A stretch of DNA of 64,000 nucleotides from an uncultured virus (IMG/VR IMGVR_UViG_3300033153_007854) (taxonomy: Duplodnaviria > Heunggongvirae > Uroviricota > Caudoviricetes), in the IMG/VR virus record IMGVR_UViG_3300033153_007854; one strand, written 5' to 3'. Within the stretch, counting starts at the first letter, position 1. The number at the start of each line of letters is the position of its first letter. Below are positions 54,678 through 63,810 of this stretch, one piece after another. Under the pieces are notes generated by a model that saw only the letters and a list, made by a program, of their open reading frames with translations, ran no database searches and was not told where the DNA came from. The position numbers and the translations under genes were made by a program.

Positions 54678-57600
54678 TCATAGGTCCAATGTCTGCTCGA
54701 TTTTTGAGTGGACGAGGATGGCACTTCCTCTCGGGATTGTCACGGATTCGTATCCTGGTAGAATCGTCCTGTAGACGCCATCCGCAGATTTGTAAGTGAG
54801 CGTGTTCAACTCGTAGTACAGGAACAGTTCATCGCTCTGAACGGTCTTCAAGACCGGGATGAACCCGAAATCGTTGAAACCGACAATAATTGGAGCAGAG
54901 TTTAGAGGGTCGCCCGCTATCGGCAGGACATATGATTGATTGAAGAACATGAAGTAAGGCACTCCGCCCGTGATGTTTCCCCTGGCTGACGAAGGTGTGC
55001 CTGCATATAATGTTCGGTAAACGCCGCTGACCCTGGATGTTATTGTTATAATGTTGTAACCTGATGCATGAAGGGCTTGCACGAATTCGAGGGTGGTAAA
55101 CTCGACGTTGAGCGGGATGGTCAGTAGATTAGAGCCCTTGTTCAGTTCCATATTGTAGCTTCCGAAGGCGAATTCAATGCCGTCGGCTTTTGTAGATGAG
55201 TATCCGATACGGCTGAGTGTTTCCCCCTGGTATGTGGCAGTTACATTGTATTCTAGTCTATCGTATTCGCCATTATCCTCGATTGTATAGGCCGTGATTA
55301 TTGGATAATCCTGGTATGACGCCCTATTTCCGCCTGAGAGATTGTACGAATCAGCGAATGACCAGCCAAGGATGTCCTGATTCTCTATGAATCCACGGCT
55401 GGATGTCCTGAATTCCCCGTAGTCCGTACTCTCACCCTCAATATCCACCTGGATGTTGTTGAGCGGGCCAATATCCACAGTCGGGTTCCTCTTGAACTGC
55501 GATAGGACTGGTTCGAAGCTTGCTTCTATCGTGGTCGTATAGCCCACTCCGAGGATGGAGGTACTATCCATCTCGTAGCCAGCGATGTGATGATTGTCCA
55601 CCATGAATACCTGGCTGTCCGTCAAATCCCAGGATACCATGTTGTTCGGTATCGAGAAGTTGAAACCCATCATGAGGATGTTTGCGTTCACCGCCATAAA
55701 GCCGTCCCTGTCAGTTACCAGAGAGCTTTGGGTGAATTGTGCAGTTCCGTCTATCTTCATGGAGTGCGTGTATGGATGGCCTTCCTCCGGGTGGAACAGG
55801 TCACCATAGCTGTAGAAGGTGGTTCCCCTCGATACGAACGGCATGAAACCGCCGTAATCGCCACTTCTCGATGTTACTGTCGAGTTCCTGAAAGTCACCG
55901 CTTGGCTTGCTTTGGTCATTACGGCATATCTCAACTCGATGTTCGAGTTCTCAGTCCATACTCCATGCAGGGCCGAGTCCAGGTCTGCGCTCAGAAGTGT
56001 TCCTCCTGTATTCTCCAGATAGAAACCATTGGCGATTCCCCTCATTGTAACGTTGTCGCCGTACAATGTGCAATCATAGAGCGTTATCACATAAGGGTAT
56101 GCCGACCTCGCCCAGAAGTTGTAAGCCTCGAAATCCGTGATGGTGATTGTTATGTCGTGCGCCTCAAAACCAGTGTTGTTCATCGTCGTGCCATCAATAG
56201 TTCCATTCCCACCAGTTGCGTTTATTGTCGTGGCGTTACTGGATATTATTGTTGAGTCTCTGATTAAGAACTCCCCGATGATGTTCACTGTTCCGTTTAG
56301 TTCGCCCTCGGATTCAATTAAGATTATCATATTGGAGAATTCGGGCCAAAGTAGTGTTATATCCGGGGTGATAATGATTTCACGGAAATATATTTCATAT
56401 TCCCTACCTGCCATCATTTCTGTCCAGGCATAGTTGCCCGCCGCCGATGGTGTGACAAGTGTTGAGTTGGATACGTTCAAGTTCTGAATCTCACCCTGGA
56501 CCCAGCCTGTCCCAGCGATATTCATGCTGACGTTATAGCTATAGTAATACATCAAAGTCGAAGTCTTGTTCCAGACCCGCAATTCCACAGTCCCGTTCCC
56601 AGGCAGAGTTGTCGTGTGGTCCACTTCAGAGAACGTCATGTTATTTGTATTCAATGGCACTGTTATTTCCGTATCATCAAGGTATACAACCCAGTTATTG
56701 AATATTGGTGGACCAGCAAAGGATATTTTCGATGTGTCGATGGCGGTGTTTTTCAGGTATGTCGCACTACCGAATGTAGATATTGCGAGAGAGGACGCTC
56801 CAGATAGGTCGGAATCATAGATATAACATAGGGCATTCGTTCCCACTGAGAATCCTTTGACGGTGTTCGTAGTGGCATTATAGAACGAGATGTTGCACGT
56901 TGAGCCCACTGTCCAGCCCTGACCGTCGATTGCCAGGGTATTGTTGATATACCCTGTAGTGCTTGTGAACTGCCCCATCAACGAGTTCGAGATGTCGTGT
57001 TCCCCAGTGTATCCATCAATAAGCACTTGTGTTGAAGTCAGGTATGGGTAGGTGTCGTTGCCATAGCAGTCGCTCATCGTGAGGTTGCCATTGACCAGAC
57101 GGATTGAGACATTCCCGGCCCCGGCGACCCCATCAATAAATGACGTATCGGATACAGTATAGTTAGAGTAGGTCGAGTCGAAGCCCTCGACGAAGCCGTG
57201 GAACACGGAGTCCGTCACGGTCACTGTGCAAGAGTCAATATCGAATATCTCGCTGAACCTCCAGGTGTAGAGGTCGTTCATCTCGACTATGCAGTGGTCA
57301 ATATTGAAACCATCTATCGCATGAGTTCCGTTGAACTCGATGGAGTTGAGGATAAGGTAGGTTGCGCCGGATACGTTCCATGTGGAGTTCTTAATTGTTC
57401 CGTTCCGATTGAATGAATAGAAATGGAGGCTCTTGTTGATGGTGGCATTTTGATATTCCCACGTTCCGTTGAAGATGCGTAGCACGTTTCCGGCAGAAGC
57501 GGCGGTTACTGCGGTCTGGATTGAGGCGAAACCCTTGGAAAGATTCTCGTTCGTGACCATAAGTGGTGGTTGGGCGAGATGGTATGCCTGAGTAATCGGG

Positions 57601-60299
57601 TAATAATCCTTTGAACCAGCAGTACCCAATAAAGATGTGGGAATATCCACTATGTAGTCTGAGTTAGGTACGTCCTGATTTTCACCCATGTATATATCAG
57701 GGGTCGTCCAGTTGTCCCAGTAGTTGCCGCCCCCGAGTGGATAGGTCCGATTCCAGACGTTGTTTAAGCCGACATCAGTAGCCTGTATGGTGTTGCCGAT
57801 GAAGTTGTTGTGATAGAAGGTGTTGTTTCCACCATTGACATCCACACCGATAGAACTGTTGGAGATATTGTTGTTGAAGAAGACGTTGTTGTATGAGTCG
57901 TTGACCCATATTGCGGCCACGTTGAAGTCATTGAAATCGTTGCCGTAGATTGTCGTATAGTTCGTTGTCCACATCTTCAGGCCGTGGTCCCAATGACCTG
58001 CGTGGTTCCCGGTGTCTGCGGTGTTATTCTTCCAAGTGCTGTATTCCACAGATTGAAGCCAGTTGGAACCAGCATTGCTCATGGTGTTATTTTCGATAGT
58101 TACGTTGTATCCCAGATGGATATAAACATCCGTACCCGTGGAAAAAGTATTGTCGCTGAAAGTGCATCCAATAATTTTTGAATCCCACCACCCGATGCCG
58201 TAAATTCCGTCCACACTGTTGTTGACGATACGGCAATTACGGATAGTGATGTTGTTGCCATGATACTGTGCTGTCGGTGCCGTTGCCGGAGCAATCCCAT
58301 AGGTTCCATTATGGATATTGCATTCCTCAATAGTGATTCGACTGTTGCCCCCGGCCCCATAATATATCTTGATGGCTTCTGTCCAATCTTGTAATTCTGT
58401 CTGTAGAATAGTTACATCTTGCGAGGACGTTATTTCTATCCCGTAAATACCATCATCTGCATTGGAGTAAATGTAGCTATCGTAGATGCTGATGTTGTTG
58501 CTGGATTGAATGTTTATGCCGTACAGGGCCGGGCTTTCAGCTTCTATGGTCATCTGGGAGATGTTGACTATCTTCCTCGAAATGATGTGTAGGGCATCCG
58601 AGGAATCAAGGTCTATCTTGAAGTTCGTCAGATTGACATAACCGCTGTTGAGCGTTAATATGCCATCATCTGTGAAGTTCATCACGGAGGTCGTACCGTT
58701 GCCAATGATACTCACACGGTTACCAATCGGTACGGTGCAGTTCTGGTGGAACGTTCCATTCCAGATATAAACGGTGTCCCCATCAACAGTGGCATTGAGA
58801 GCATCGTAGAGACTGTTGTAGCCAGCGGCACTACCCACCGGACCAACCGTTAGCTCAGGAGGTAATATCGGCGGGTACAGCGTTACGAGAGGGTAGTAAT
58901 CTACTGAACCCGCACTTCCCAATAATGATGTCGAGTTGTCTACAATATTATCTGAACCGAGAACGTCCTGATTCACACCACTATACAAGTCAGGCGTTGT
59001 CCAGTTGTCCCAGTAGTTACCACCACCAAGGGCGTAGGTCTGGTTCCAGACGTTATTCGTCCCATTGTCGATGGCGTGGATGCCGTTCCCAACTAAGTTG
59101 TTCCAGTAGATAGAGTTGTTGGCACTCCCATACCATGCCCCGATGCCAATCGTGTTGTTTGAAACCGTGTTGGCATATATCGTGTTGTTGTGGGAGCTGT
59201 TGATGTATAATCCATAATGGAGCATATCGTTCCACGAATTATCATAGATTGATGTCCATGATGTGTCGAGGATTCTCAGCCCGAAATCGTAATTACCCGC
59301 ATGATTGCCTGAATCAATTGTGTTGTTCTGGAAGACACAGTTTTGCGCCGTATCGAACCAGTTAGAGCCAGCGTTGACCATGGTGTTGTTCTCCACCGTG
59401 AAATAAGTGACAGTATCGAGGTACACATCTGTCCCATAAACCGGGGTGTTACTGCGGAAGTAGGTATCCGATAAAATCGCATAATCCACCCCGATAAGGT
59501 AACAACCATCGTTGGAATTGTTGTGTATGTAATTGTTTCTCAACGTCCAATTATCCCCATGATGGGTCGGCCCGATGCCAGGATTACATTCGATTCCGAA
59601 ACCATTGTCCCAGACGATGCTATCCTCAATTATCATGCGTGAGGTATCCCCCAACGAGTTATCAATGAATATGCCCCTGTAAAAGCCATATACCTCCACG
59701 TTCTTGATGGAGAGGTCGTCACAGTCATCCACGAAAATGCCTTGCCAGCTATGTGCTGTGATAGTCGAATATACCGTCGTATTCTCCAATGATAGCCTAT
59801 CGCAATTTTCTAATTTGAAACCTTGTGGGCTCGCACCAGGGCATCTGATTATTGTATCATTGAAATACACATCATCCGCATTCTGAATCGGAAGTGATAT
59901 TCCAGTCGTTAAATTGATGCTCATCTCTGTCACGTTCACAAAGTTCGCTGTAATCTTTAACTTCGCACCCGCCACAGAAACATCCAAGAATGTGTTCGCA
60001 GTTCCGTTTCCTTCTATTGTGACTTGCGTGGTGACAAAGACATTGACTACATGAGAATATTCCCCATCCCAAACGTAGATGTTGTCCCCGTTCGCACTTG
60101 CGTTGAGGGCATCATAGAGGGTGTTGTAGTCAGCCGCACCTCCAGTGGGACCAACGGTATGGTCAGCGGCTTGTGCCTCGGTTGATGCTATTGCCATTGC
60201 CAGAACGACCATTGCCATTATAGCCAGGAGAATGATTGATATGTGCATGAACAGCCTGATATTCTTTTCTCTGACGATTCGATTATCCTGTTCTCTCAT
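54678..60299 (-). CDS. Giant parallel beta-helix (NosD/pectin-lyase-like) surface protein with the shared C-terminal module
   Basis: 1873 aa; PbH1-like Asn ladders; duplicated GGGNYWDNWTTPD...DYYP; LNKGSNLLTIP repeat. Confidence 0.85.
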   Translation of the reverse strand: MREQDNRIVREKNIRLFMHISIILLAIMAMVVLAMAIASTEAQAADHTVGPTGGAADYNTLYDALNASANGDNIYVWDGEYSHVVNVFVTTQVTIEGNGTANTFLDVSVAGAKLKITANFVNVTEMSINLTTGISLPIQNADDVYFNDTIIRCPGASPQGFKLENCDRLSLENTTVYSTITAHSWQGIFVDDCDDLSIKNVEVYGFYRGIFIDNSLGDTSRMIIEDSIVWDNGFGIECNPGIGPTHHGDNWTLRNNYIHNNSNDGCYLIGVDYAILSDTYFRSNTPVYGTDVYLDTVTYFTVENNTMVNAGSNWFDTAQNCVFQNNTIDSGNHAGNYDFGLRILDTSWTSIYDNSWNDMLHYGLYINSSHNNTIYANTVSNNTIGIGAWYGSANNSIYWNNLVGNGIHAIDNGTNNVWNQTYALGGGNYWDNWTTPDLYSGVNQDVLGSDNIVDNSTSLLGSAGSVDYYPLVTLYPPILPPELTVGPVGSAAGYNSLYDALNATVDGDTVYIWNGTFHQNCTVPIGNRVSIIGNGTTSVMNFTDDGILTLNSGYVNLTNFKIDLDSSDALHIISRKIVNISQMTIEAESPALYGINIQSSNNISIYDSYIYSNADDGIYGIEITSSQDVTILQTELQDWTEAIKIYYGAGGNSRITIEECNIHNGTYGIAPATAPTAQYHGNNITIRNCRIVNNSVDGIYGIGWWDSKIIGCTFSDNTFSTGTDVYIHLGYNVTIENNTMSNAGSNWLQSVEYSTWKNNTADTGNHAGHWDHGLKMWTTNYTTIYGNDFNDFNVAAIWVNDSYNNVFFNNNISNSSIGVDVNGGNNTFYHNNFIGNTIQATDVGLNNVWNRTYPLGGGNYWDNWTTPDIYMGENQDVPNSDYIVDIPTSLLGTAGSKDYYPITQAYHLAQPPLMVTNENLSKGFASIQTAVTAASAGNVLRIFNGTWEYQNATINKSLHFYSFNRNGTIKNSTWNVSGATYLILNSIEFNGTHAIDGFNIDHCIVEMNDLYTWRFSEIFDIDSCTVTVTDSVFHGFVEGFDSTYSNYTVSDTSFIDGVAGAGNVSIRLVNGNLTMSDCYGNDTYPYLTSTQVLIDGYTGEHDISNSLMGQFTSTTGYINNTLAIDGQGWTVGSTCNISFYNATTNTVKGFSVGTNALCYIYDSDLSGASSLAISTFGSATYLKNTAIDTSKISFAGPPIFNNWVVYLDDTEITVPLNTNNMTFSEVDHTTTLPGNGTVELRVWNKTSTLMYYYSYNVSMNIAGTGWVQGEIQNLNVSNSTLVTPSAAGNYAWTEMMAGREYEIYFREIIITPDITLLWPEFSNMIILIESEGELNGTVNIIGEFLIRDSTIISSNATTINATGGNGTIDGTTMNNTGFEAHDITITITDFEAYNFWARSAYPYVITLYDCTLYGDNVTMRGIANGFYLENTGGTLLSADLDSALHGVWTENSNIELRYAVMTKASQAVTFRNSTVTSRSGDYGGFMPFVSRGTTFYSYGDLFHPEEGHPYTHSMKIDGTAQFTQSSLVTDRDGFMAVNANILMMGFNFSIPNNMVSWDLTDSQVFMVDNHHIAGYEMDSTSILGVGYTTTIEASFEPVLSQFKRNPTVDIGPLNNIQVDIEGESTDYGEFRTSSRGFIENQDILGWSFADSYNLSGGNRASYQDYPIITAYTIEDNGEYDRLEYNVTATYQGETLSRIGYSSTKADGIEFAFGSYNMELNKGSNLLTIPLNVEFTTLEFVQALHASGYNIITITSRVSGVYRTLYAGTPSSARGNITGGVPYFMFFNQSYVLPIAGDPLNSAPIIVGFNDFGFIPVLKTVQSDELFLYYELNTLTYKSADGVYRTILPGYESVTIPRGSAILVHSKIEQTLDL

Positions 60300-60303
60300 G
60301 TAA

Positions 60304-62178
60304 TCACACCCTCAAAACGTATGATATTTCGGAGTCTATGTATAATGCCCCTGGCTGGATTGGGAAATCGGTAACCCCATATTCCTCGCCATATATCCTC
60401 CATTCGCCGTCAACAAGTCCACTAATGATAACTTCCCCGTCAATCTCTTGAGCCAGGTCAGAGGCCATTGTAGCGTCATTATAGCCGATAAGATTCATTC
60501 CGGGTAATAGCGTCACGAAATTCACTGTTGGGACCATTGCGTACTGATATGAACCCTCTGATGAGGCGAATACGATATACCCGACCCCGGCTTCGAGGTC
60601 GAAGTTGTTCTCGACGTTCTTTACTTCTCGGATATATGTGGTGTAAATGCCATTTGTTCCCCTTTTGGTTATGGTGTCCCCTCCGGTGATTTCTAGGAAC
60701 TCGTCAGCAGTGATTCGTGGGCTTGATGGGAAGTTGAGATAATTGTCCCCTATTTCTAGTGTGATTGTGTACTGTTCTTCCGATACGTCAGTGATGATTC
60801 GTGTGACACCTGAAATCGTGGTTCCGTTCACCGTACTGTATGAGTCTCCAACCCTGTATCTGGTAAACAGTTGATGCTCGACTGGTGTGACAGTAATCTC
60901 GCCCCACAGCCATTCGCCCTCATCTATCTTCGCCTCAGTCCTCCCACCCACTTCTGGAGATTCAATCCTCAGCGTGGTTGCGTCAACATAGACGATGAGC
61001 GGCCTTTCGATGGTTTGATAAGACCCGGTTAAGCCGCCGCTATGGAAAGACTTAAGGAAATCACCCCATGCATAACGCTCGGCGAACTGATAGCTGTAGA
61101 ACTCGCCCTTTATGTCATGCTGTAGTGGTACGAGGTACACCGAGGTTCCTGTTCCGGGTCCATATGAGGAGTACATTGATACAATGGAATTATCCATCTC
61201 CGTCAATGTTAAGTCTATCTGGTTTCTGAAATTGACGTTCTGGGTGAGGGCTCTGATGTTTTCCAAGAAATGACCCGTATCTATGAAAGCGTGGGCAACG
61301 TTGTCACTGTCCTCGTATTTCAAGGTCTGACTATAGGCTGAACTGATTGTGGCCTGCCCCTCGTATTTTAGAAACTGAGTTGTCTCCACGAGTTGAGGCA
61401 GATAGTCGTTCAGGTAATTTTCCGATTCTATCGCAGTGAGGGTTGTTGGTACGGATATTGGCTGATAGAACTCCCGGTAGCTCTCGATGACCTCCCTGCA
61501 CATATTAGCAGGCGTGGTGGTTCCGGTCACCTCGGCGCAGAAGTCATAGTTCCACCCGTCCCAAGGCTCGTAGTCCGGCGAGGCGATGATATAGTCGGCG
61601 TTGCGGGCATATTCGGTGAATACGGAAGTCATTCCCATCAGGCAGGCGTCAAAGCCCAGGATGTCGAAGTGCTGTCCAAAGAGTGCGCTCTCGATTTCCC
61701 CCGGCCCGAGCCTATCCTCATTACTGGTATCGTCGAAGTTGGAGCCCAGGAATCCAATTCCGTGGTTCCAAAGGACCAGCATGGTCTTATCTGCCGGATA
61801 TTCTCTCTGGGCGGCCTTTACGAAGTCCTCAAGGGTATTTGGGTTTCCCATGTTCGGTTCAGAGGGCAACCCTAGTGAGCTTGTAGGCAGGACGACCTCT
61901 CCGCCCGAATCAATCTTGATGATGCTGGCTGGCTTTGCATATAGGTCTTGATAGACAATCACGGTCACATCCTGTCCAATGGGCCGCATCTCGGATACGT
62001 CAATGTCGGCAGCGGATGGCCTGACCTGCCCGAAGACGCTGGATTGGATTCCCAGGTTGTTGTCAGCGGCCTGGTAGACCATCACGAGCCAGGTTGGGTT
62101 CTCAGAGTTCGTTACTGGAATGGTCGTTAGTAGAAGGAGTCCTATTGCAAGCACACATACACACTTCGAGATTTTCAT
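60304..62178 (-). CDS. Secreted clostripain-family (C11) cysteine peptidase with the shared C-terminal module
   Basis: WLVMVYQAADNNL, NMGNP, LVLWNHG (His), FDACLM (Cys), GWNY. Confidence 0.9.
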   Translation of the reverse strand: MKISKCVCVLAIGLLLLTTIPVTNSENPTWLVMVYQAADNNLGIQSSVFGQVRPSAADIDVSEMRPIGQDVTVIVYQDLYAKPASIIKIDSGGEVVLPTSSLGLPSEPNMGNPNTLEDFVKAAQREYPADKTMLVLWNHGIGFLGSNFDDTSNEDRLGPGEIESALFGQHFDILGFDACLMGMTSVFTEYARNADYIIASPDYEPWDGWNYDFCAEVTGTTTPANMCREVIESYREFYQPISVPTTLTAIESENYLNDYLPQLVETTQFLKYEGQATISSAYSQTLKYEDSDNVAHAFIDTGHFLENIRALTQNVNFRNQIDLTLTEMDNSIVSMYSSYGPGTGTSVYLVPLQHDIKGEFYSYQFAERYAWGDFLKSFHSGGLTGSYQTIERPLIVYVDATTLRIESPEVGGRTEAKIDEGEWLWGEITVTPVEHQLFTRYRVGDSYSTVNGTTISGVTRIITDVSEEQYTITLEIGDNYLNFPSSPRITADEFLEITGGDTITKRGTNGIYTTYIREVKNVENNFDLEAGVGYIVFASSEGSYQYAMVPTVNFVTLLPGMNLIGYNDATMASDLAQEIDGEVIISGLVDGEWRIYGEEYGVTDFPIQPGALYIDSEISYVLRV

Positions 62179-62192
62179 CTGAATCACCCGGT

Positions 62193-62720
62193 CTAGCTAT
62201 TATATGGGTCTTTCTCTTTCTTCCGCATTGCCATCAATAGGACGAAGGAAATGATGGCGATAATTACGATGACGAGGATGCCTATCAGCATTGAAGATGA
62301 TGCCGTTTCCACCGGGGCCCTTGTCGGCCCTGCAACTCCGAGGACCATGTTGGTGTCGAGGTCGCCAGGTCGTGGATTCATCTGAGTGTCGTACCTCTGG
62401 ACAGTAATCCATTTTGATGCCGTCAAGCCATCCTTAGTGGCAGTGACCTTGATTGTGTCGCCCTCATTGAACCCATTGCCCAGATTGATAAGCTCGGCGG
62501 AATAGGTTCCGTTCACTCCAGACTTATCCTCAGAGAACGGCGATGTGAAGGTTTCGTCCGTTCTTTGGTTGAACAACGTTATCGTAGCTCCCTGGACTGG
62601 GTTGCCTTCCTGGTCCGAGAGAATCCCTGCGATAACGTAGGGGTCTTGGCTTGCTGATACACTTCCGACTATCGTACTCATCATGAGTAGCGTCAATACG
62701 ATGCAGAATAACCGCTTCAT
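62193..62720 (-). CDS. Small anchored carboxypeptidase-regulatory-like domain protein
   Basis: Signal peptide; GNPVQGATITLFNQRT; C-terminal TM. Confidence 0.75.
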   Translation of the reverse strand: MKRLFCIVLTLLMMSTIVGSVSASQDPYVIAGILSDQEGNPVQGATITLFNQRTDETFTSPFSEDKSGVNGTYSAELINLGNGFNEGDTIKVTATKDGLTASKWITVQRYDTQMNPRPGDLDTNMVLGVAGPTRAPVETASSSMLIGILVIVIIAIISFVLLMAMRKKEKDPYNS

Positions 62721-62753
62721 ATGGTTCACCAATGTCCAAAACCATATAGATTA

Positions 62754-62775
62754 TATAAATAGGTTTGGTTTCAAT
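62754..62775 (-). promoter_or_regulatory. Class II promoter variant (ATTGAAACCAAACCTATTTATA)
   Basis: About 34 nt upstream of ATG 62720; contains the upstream stop. Confidence 0.7.
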
Positions 62776-63151
62776 CCTCATCCATTCCTATGATGGTGAT
62801 GTCCTCGGGGCCGACCACAATCTCCCCATAGAATACATCCACATTCTCAACACCCCTCTCAAGGACACCGGGTTTCAACCGGATGGATAGGATTCCCTCA
62901 CATTCTCCAATCTCGTACTTTATACCCTCATCCTCATTCGCCATAATGCAATATTCTTCTGCCTCCCGTCTGTTATCTGTTATCCATATCCCTGGAACCG
63001 ATGGAGGAACTGAAAAACCGTTCTGCATTATATTTCTGGCCCTATTCGATGACGTTCCATGATAGTAGGTTTTCTCTGTATCGAGAGGGAATGTGCATTT
63101 CTGCCTATGAGGATTCCATACCATGTCTTCGGGACATTCCTTTGGTTCCAT
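62771..63151 (-). CDS. ADP-ribosyltransferase (H-Y-E type) with an N-terminal CPxxxxWx6C motif
   Basis: YYHGTS...IMQNGF...GIWIT...AEEY...GEIVV; start reassigned to MEPKEC (GGAGGAG RBS, TGATG overlap). Confidence 0.7.
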   Translation of the reverse strand: MEPKECPEDMVWNPHRQKCTFPLDTEKTYYHGTSSNRARNIMQNGFSVPPSVPGIWITDNRREAEEYCIMANEDEGIKYEIGECEGILSIRLKPGVLERGVENVDVFYGEIVVGPEDITIIGMDED

Positions 63152-63786
63152 CACTCCTCCAGCTCGTAGAAACAGAAGTCTTTGTTCGGCGGACACTTCC
63201 ATGAGGTGAGCAATCCCGTTATCGCCATCGCCGTAAGCATGAACTGTAGTCCGATTGAGATAGACCACCCGCTGATGTAATACTCTGTGTGGTTCGTCAA
63301 TATCAAGCCCTCCACAATGAAGTCTGCGACGAGTGCCAATACCCCAACAATCAGAGGAATCGAGGGCCGCTTTGATATTGAAACTCCCCAGATGCCCAGT
63401 ATTATCAGTCCTGGCAAAAGTGTTGACCTGTGCCAGATGCAGTAAATAAGTAGAATGATGCCAACCGATGGCAGAGCGACGTAATCCAGTGCCTTCTTTC
63501 TCTGTGGTTCGTCCGAAATGGCATAGAGGGTCATCAAGAGTGCGGTCAGGAGAAAGCCTGCGGTGAAGTAGCCCATCAATATCTCGATTGGAATATCGAA
63601 TACCATGAGCAAGCTCGTAACATCGTCGTAACTCCACGAGCCGTTCGATGTCCCCCATAATTCGATGGCGAGCCCGATGATGAATCCCACGATTCCCAGA
63701 AGCCAGCTCTCCTTTTTCTTTCGGATAAGGATTGTCACGGCGAATATGGTTACCATACAGGCTACAAAGAAGATTTGGTAAATCAT
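63151..63786 (-). CDS. Polytopic membrane protein with an internal duplication
   Basis: About 7 hydrophobic helices; repeated E-x-x-x-T/N...Y pattern. Confidence 0.75.
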   Translation of the reverse strand: MIYQIFFVACMVTIFAVTILIRKKKESWLLGIVGFIIGLAIELWGTSNGSWSYDDVTSLLMVFDIPIEILMGYFTAGFLLTALLMTLYAISDEPQRKKALDYVALPSVGIILLIYCIWHRSTLLPGLIILGIWGVSISKRPSIPLIVGVLALVADFIVEGLILTNHTEYYISGWSISIGLQFMLTAMAITGLLTSWKCPPNKDFCFYELEE

Positions 63787-63810
63787 CAAGATAGAAAATC
63801 AGGTTAAATG

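Noticed and set aside
187..63204. Numerous plus-strand ORFs of 60-240 aa in the ORF track
   Set aside because: They are antisense shadows of well-supported minus-strand genes, with Ser/Phe-rich non-protein-like composition and no motifs.
63152..63658. N-terminal 169 aa of the 295-aa ORF 62771-63658
   Set aside because: It overlaps the membrane-protein gene in another frame; the likely ART start is ATG 63151 with a GGAGGAG RBS.
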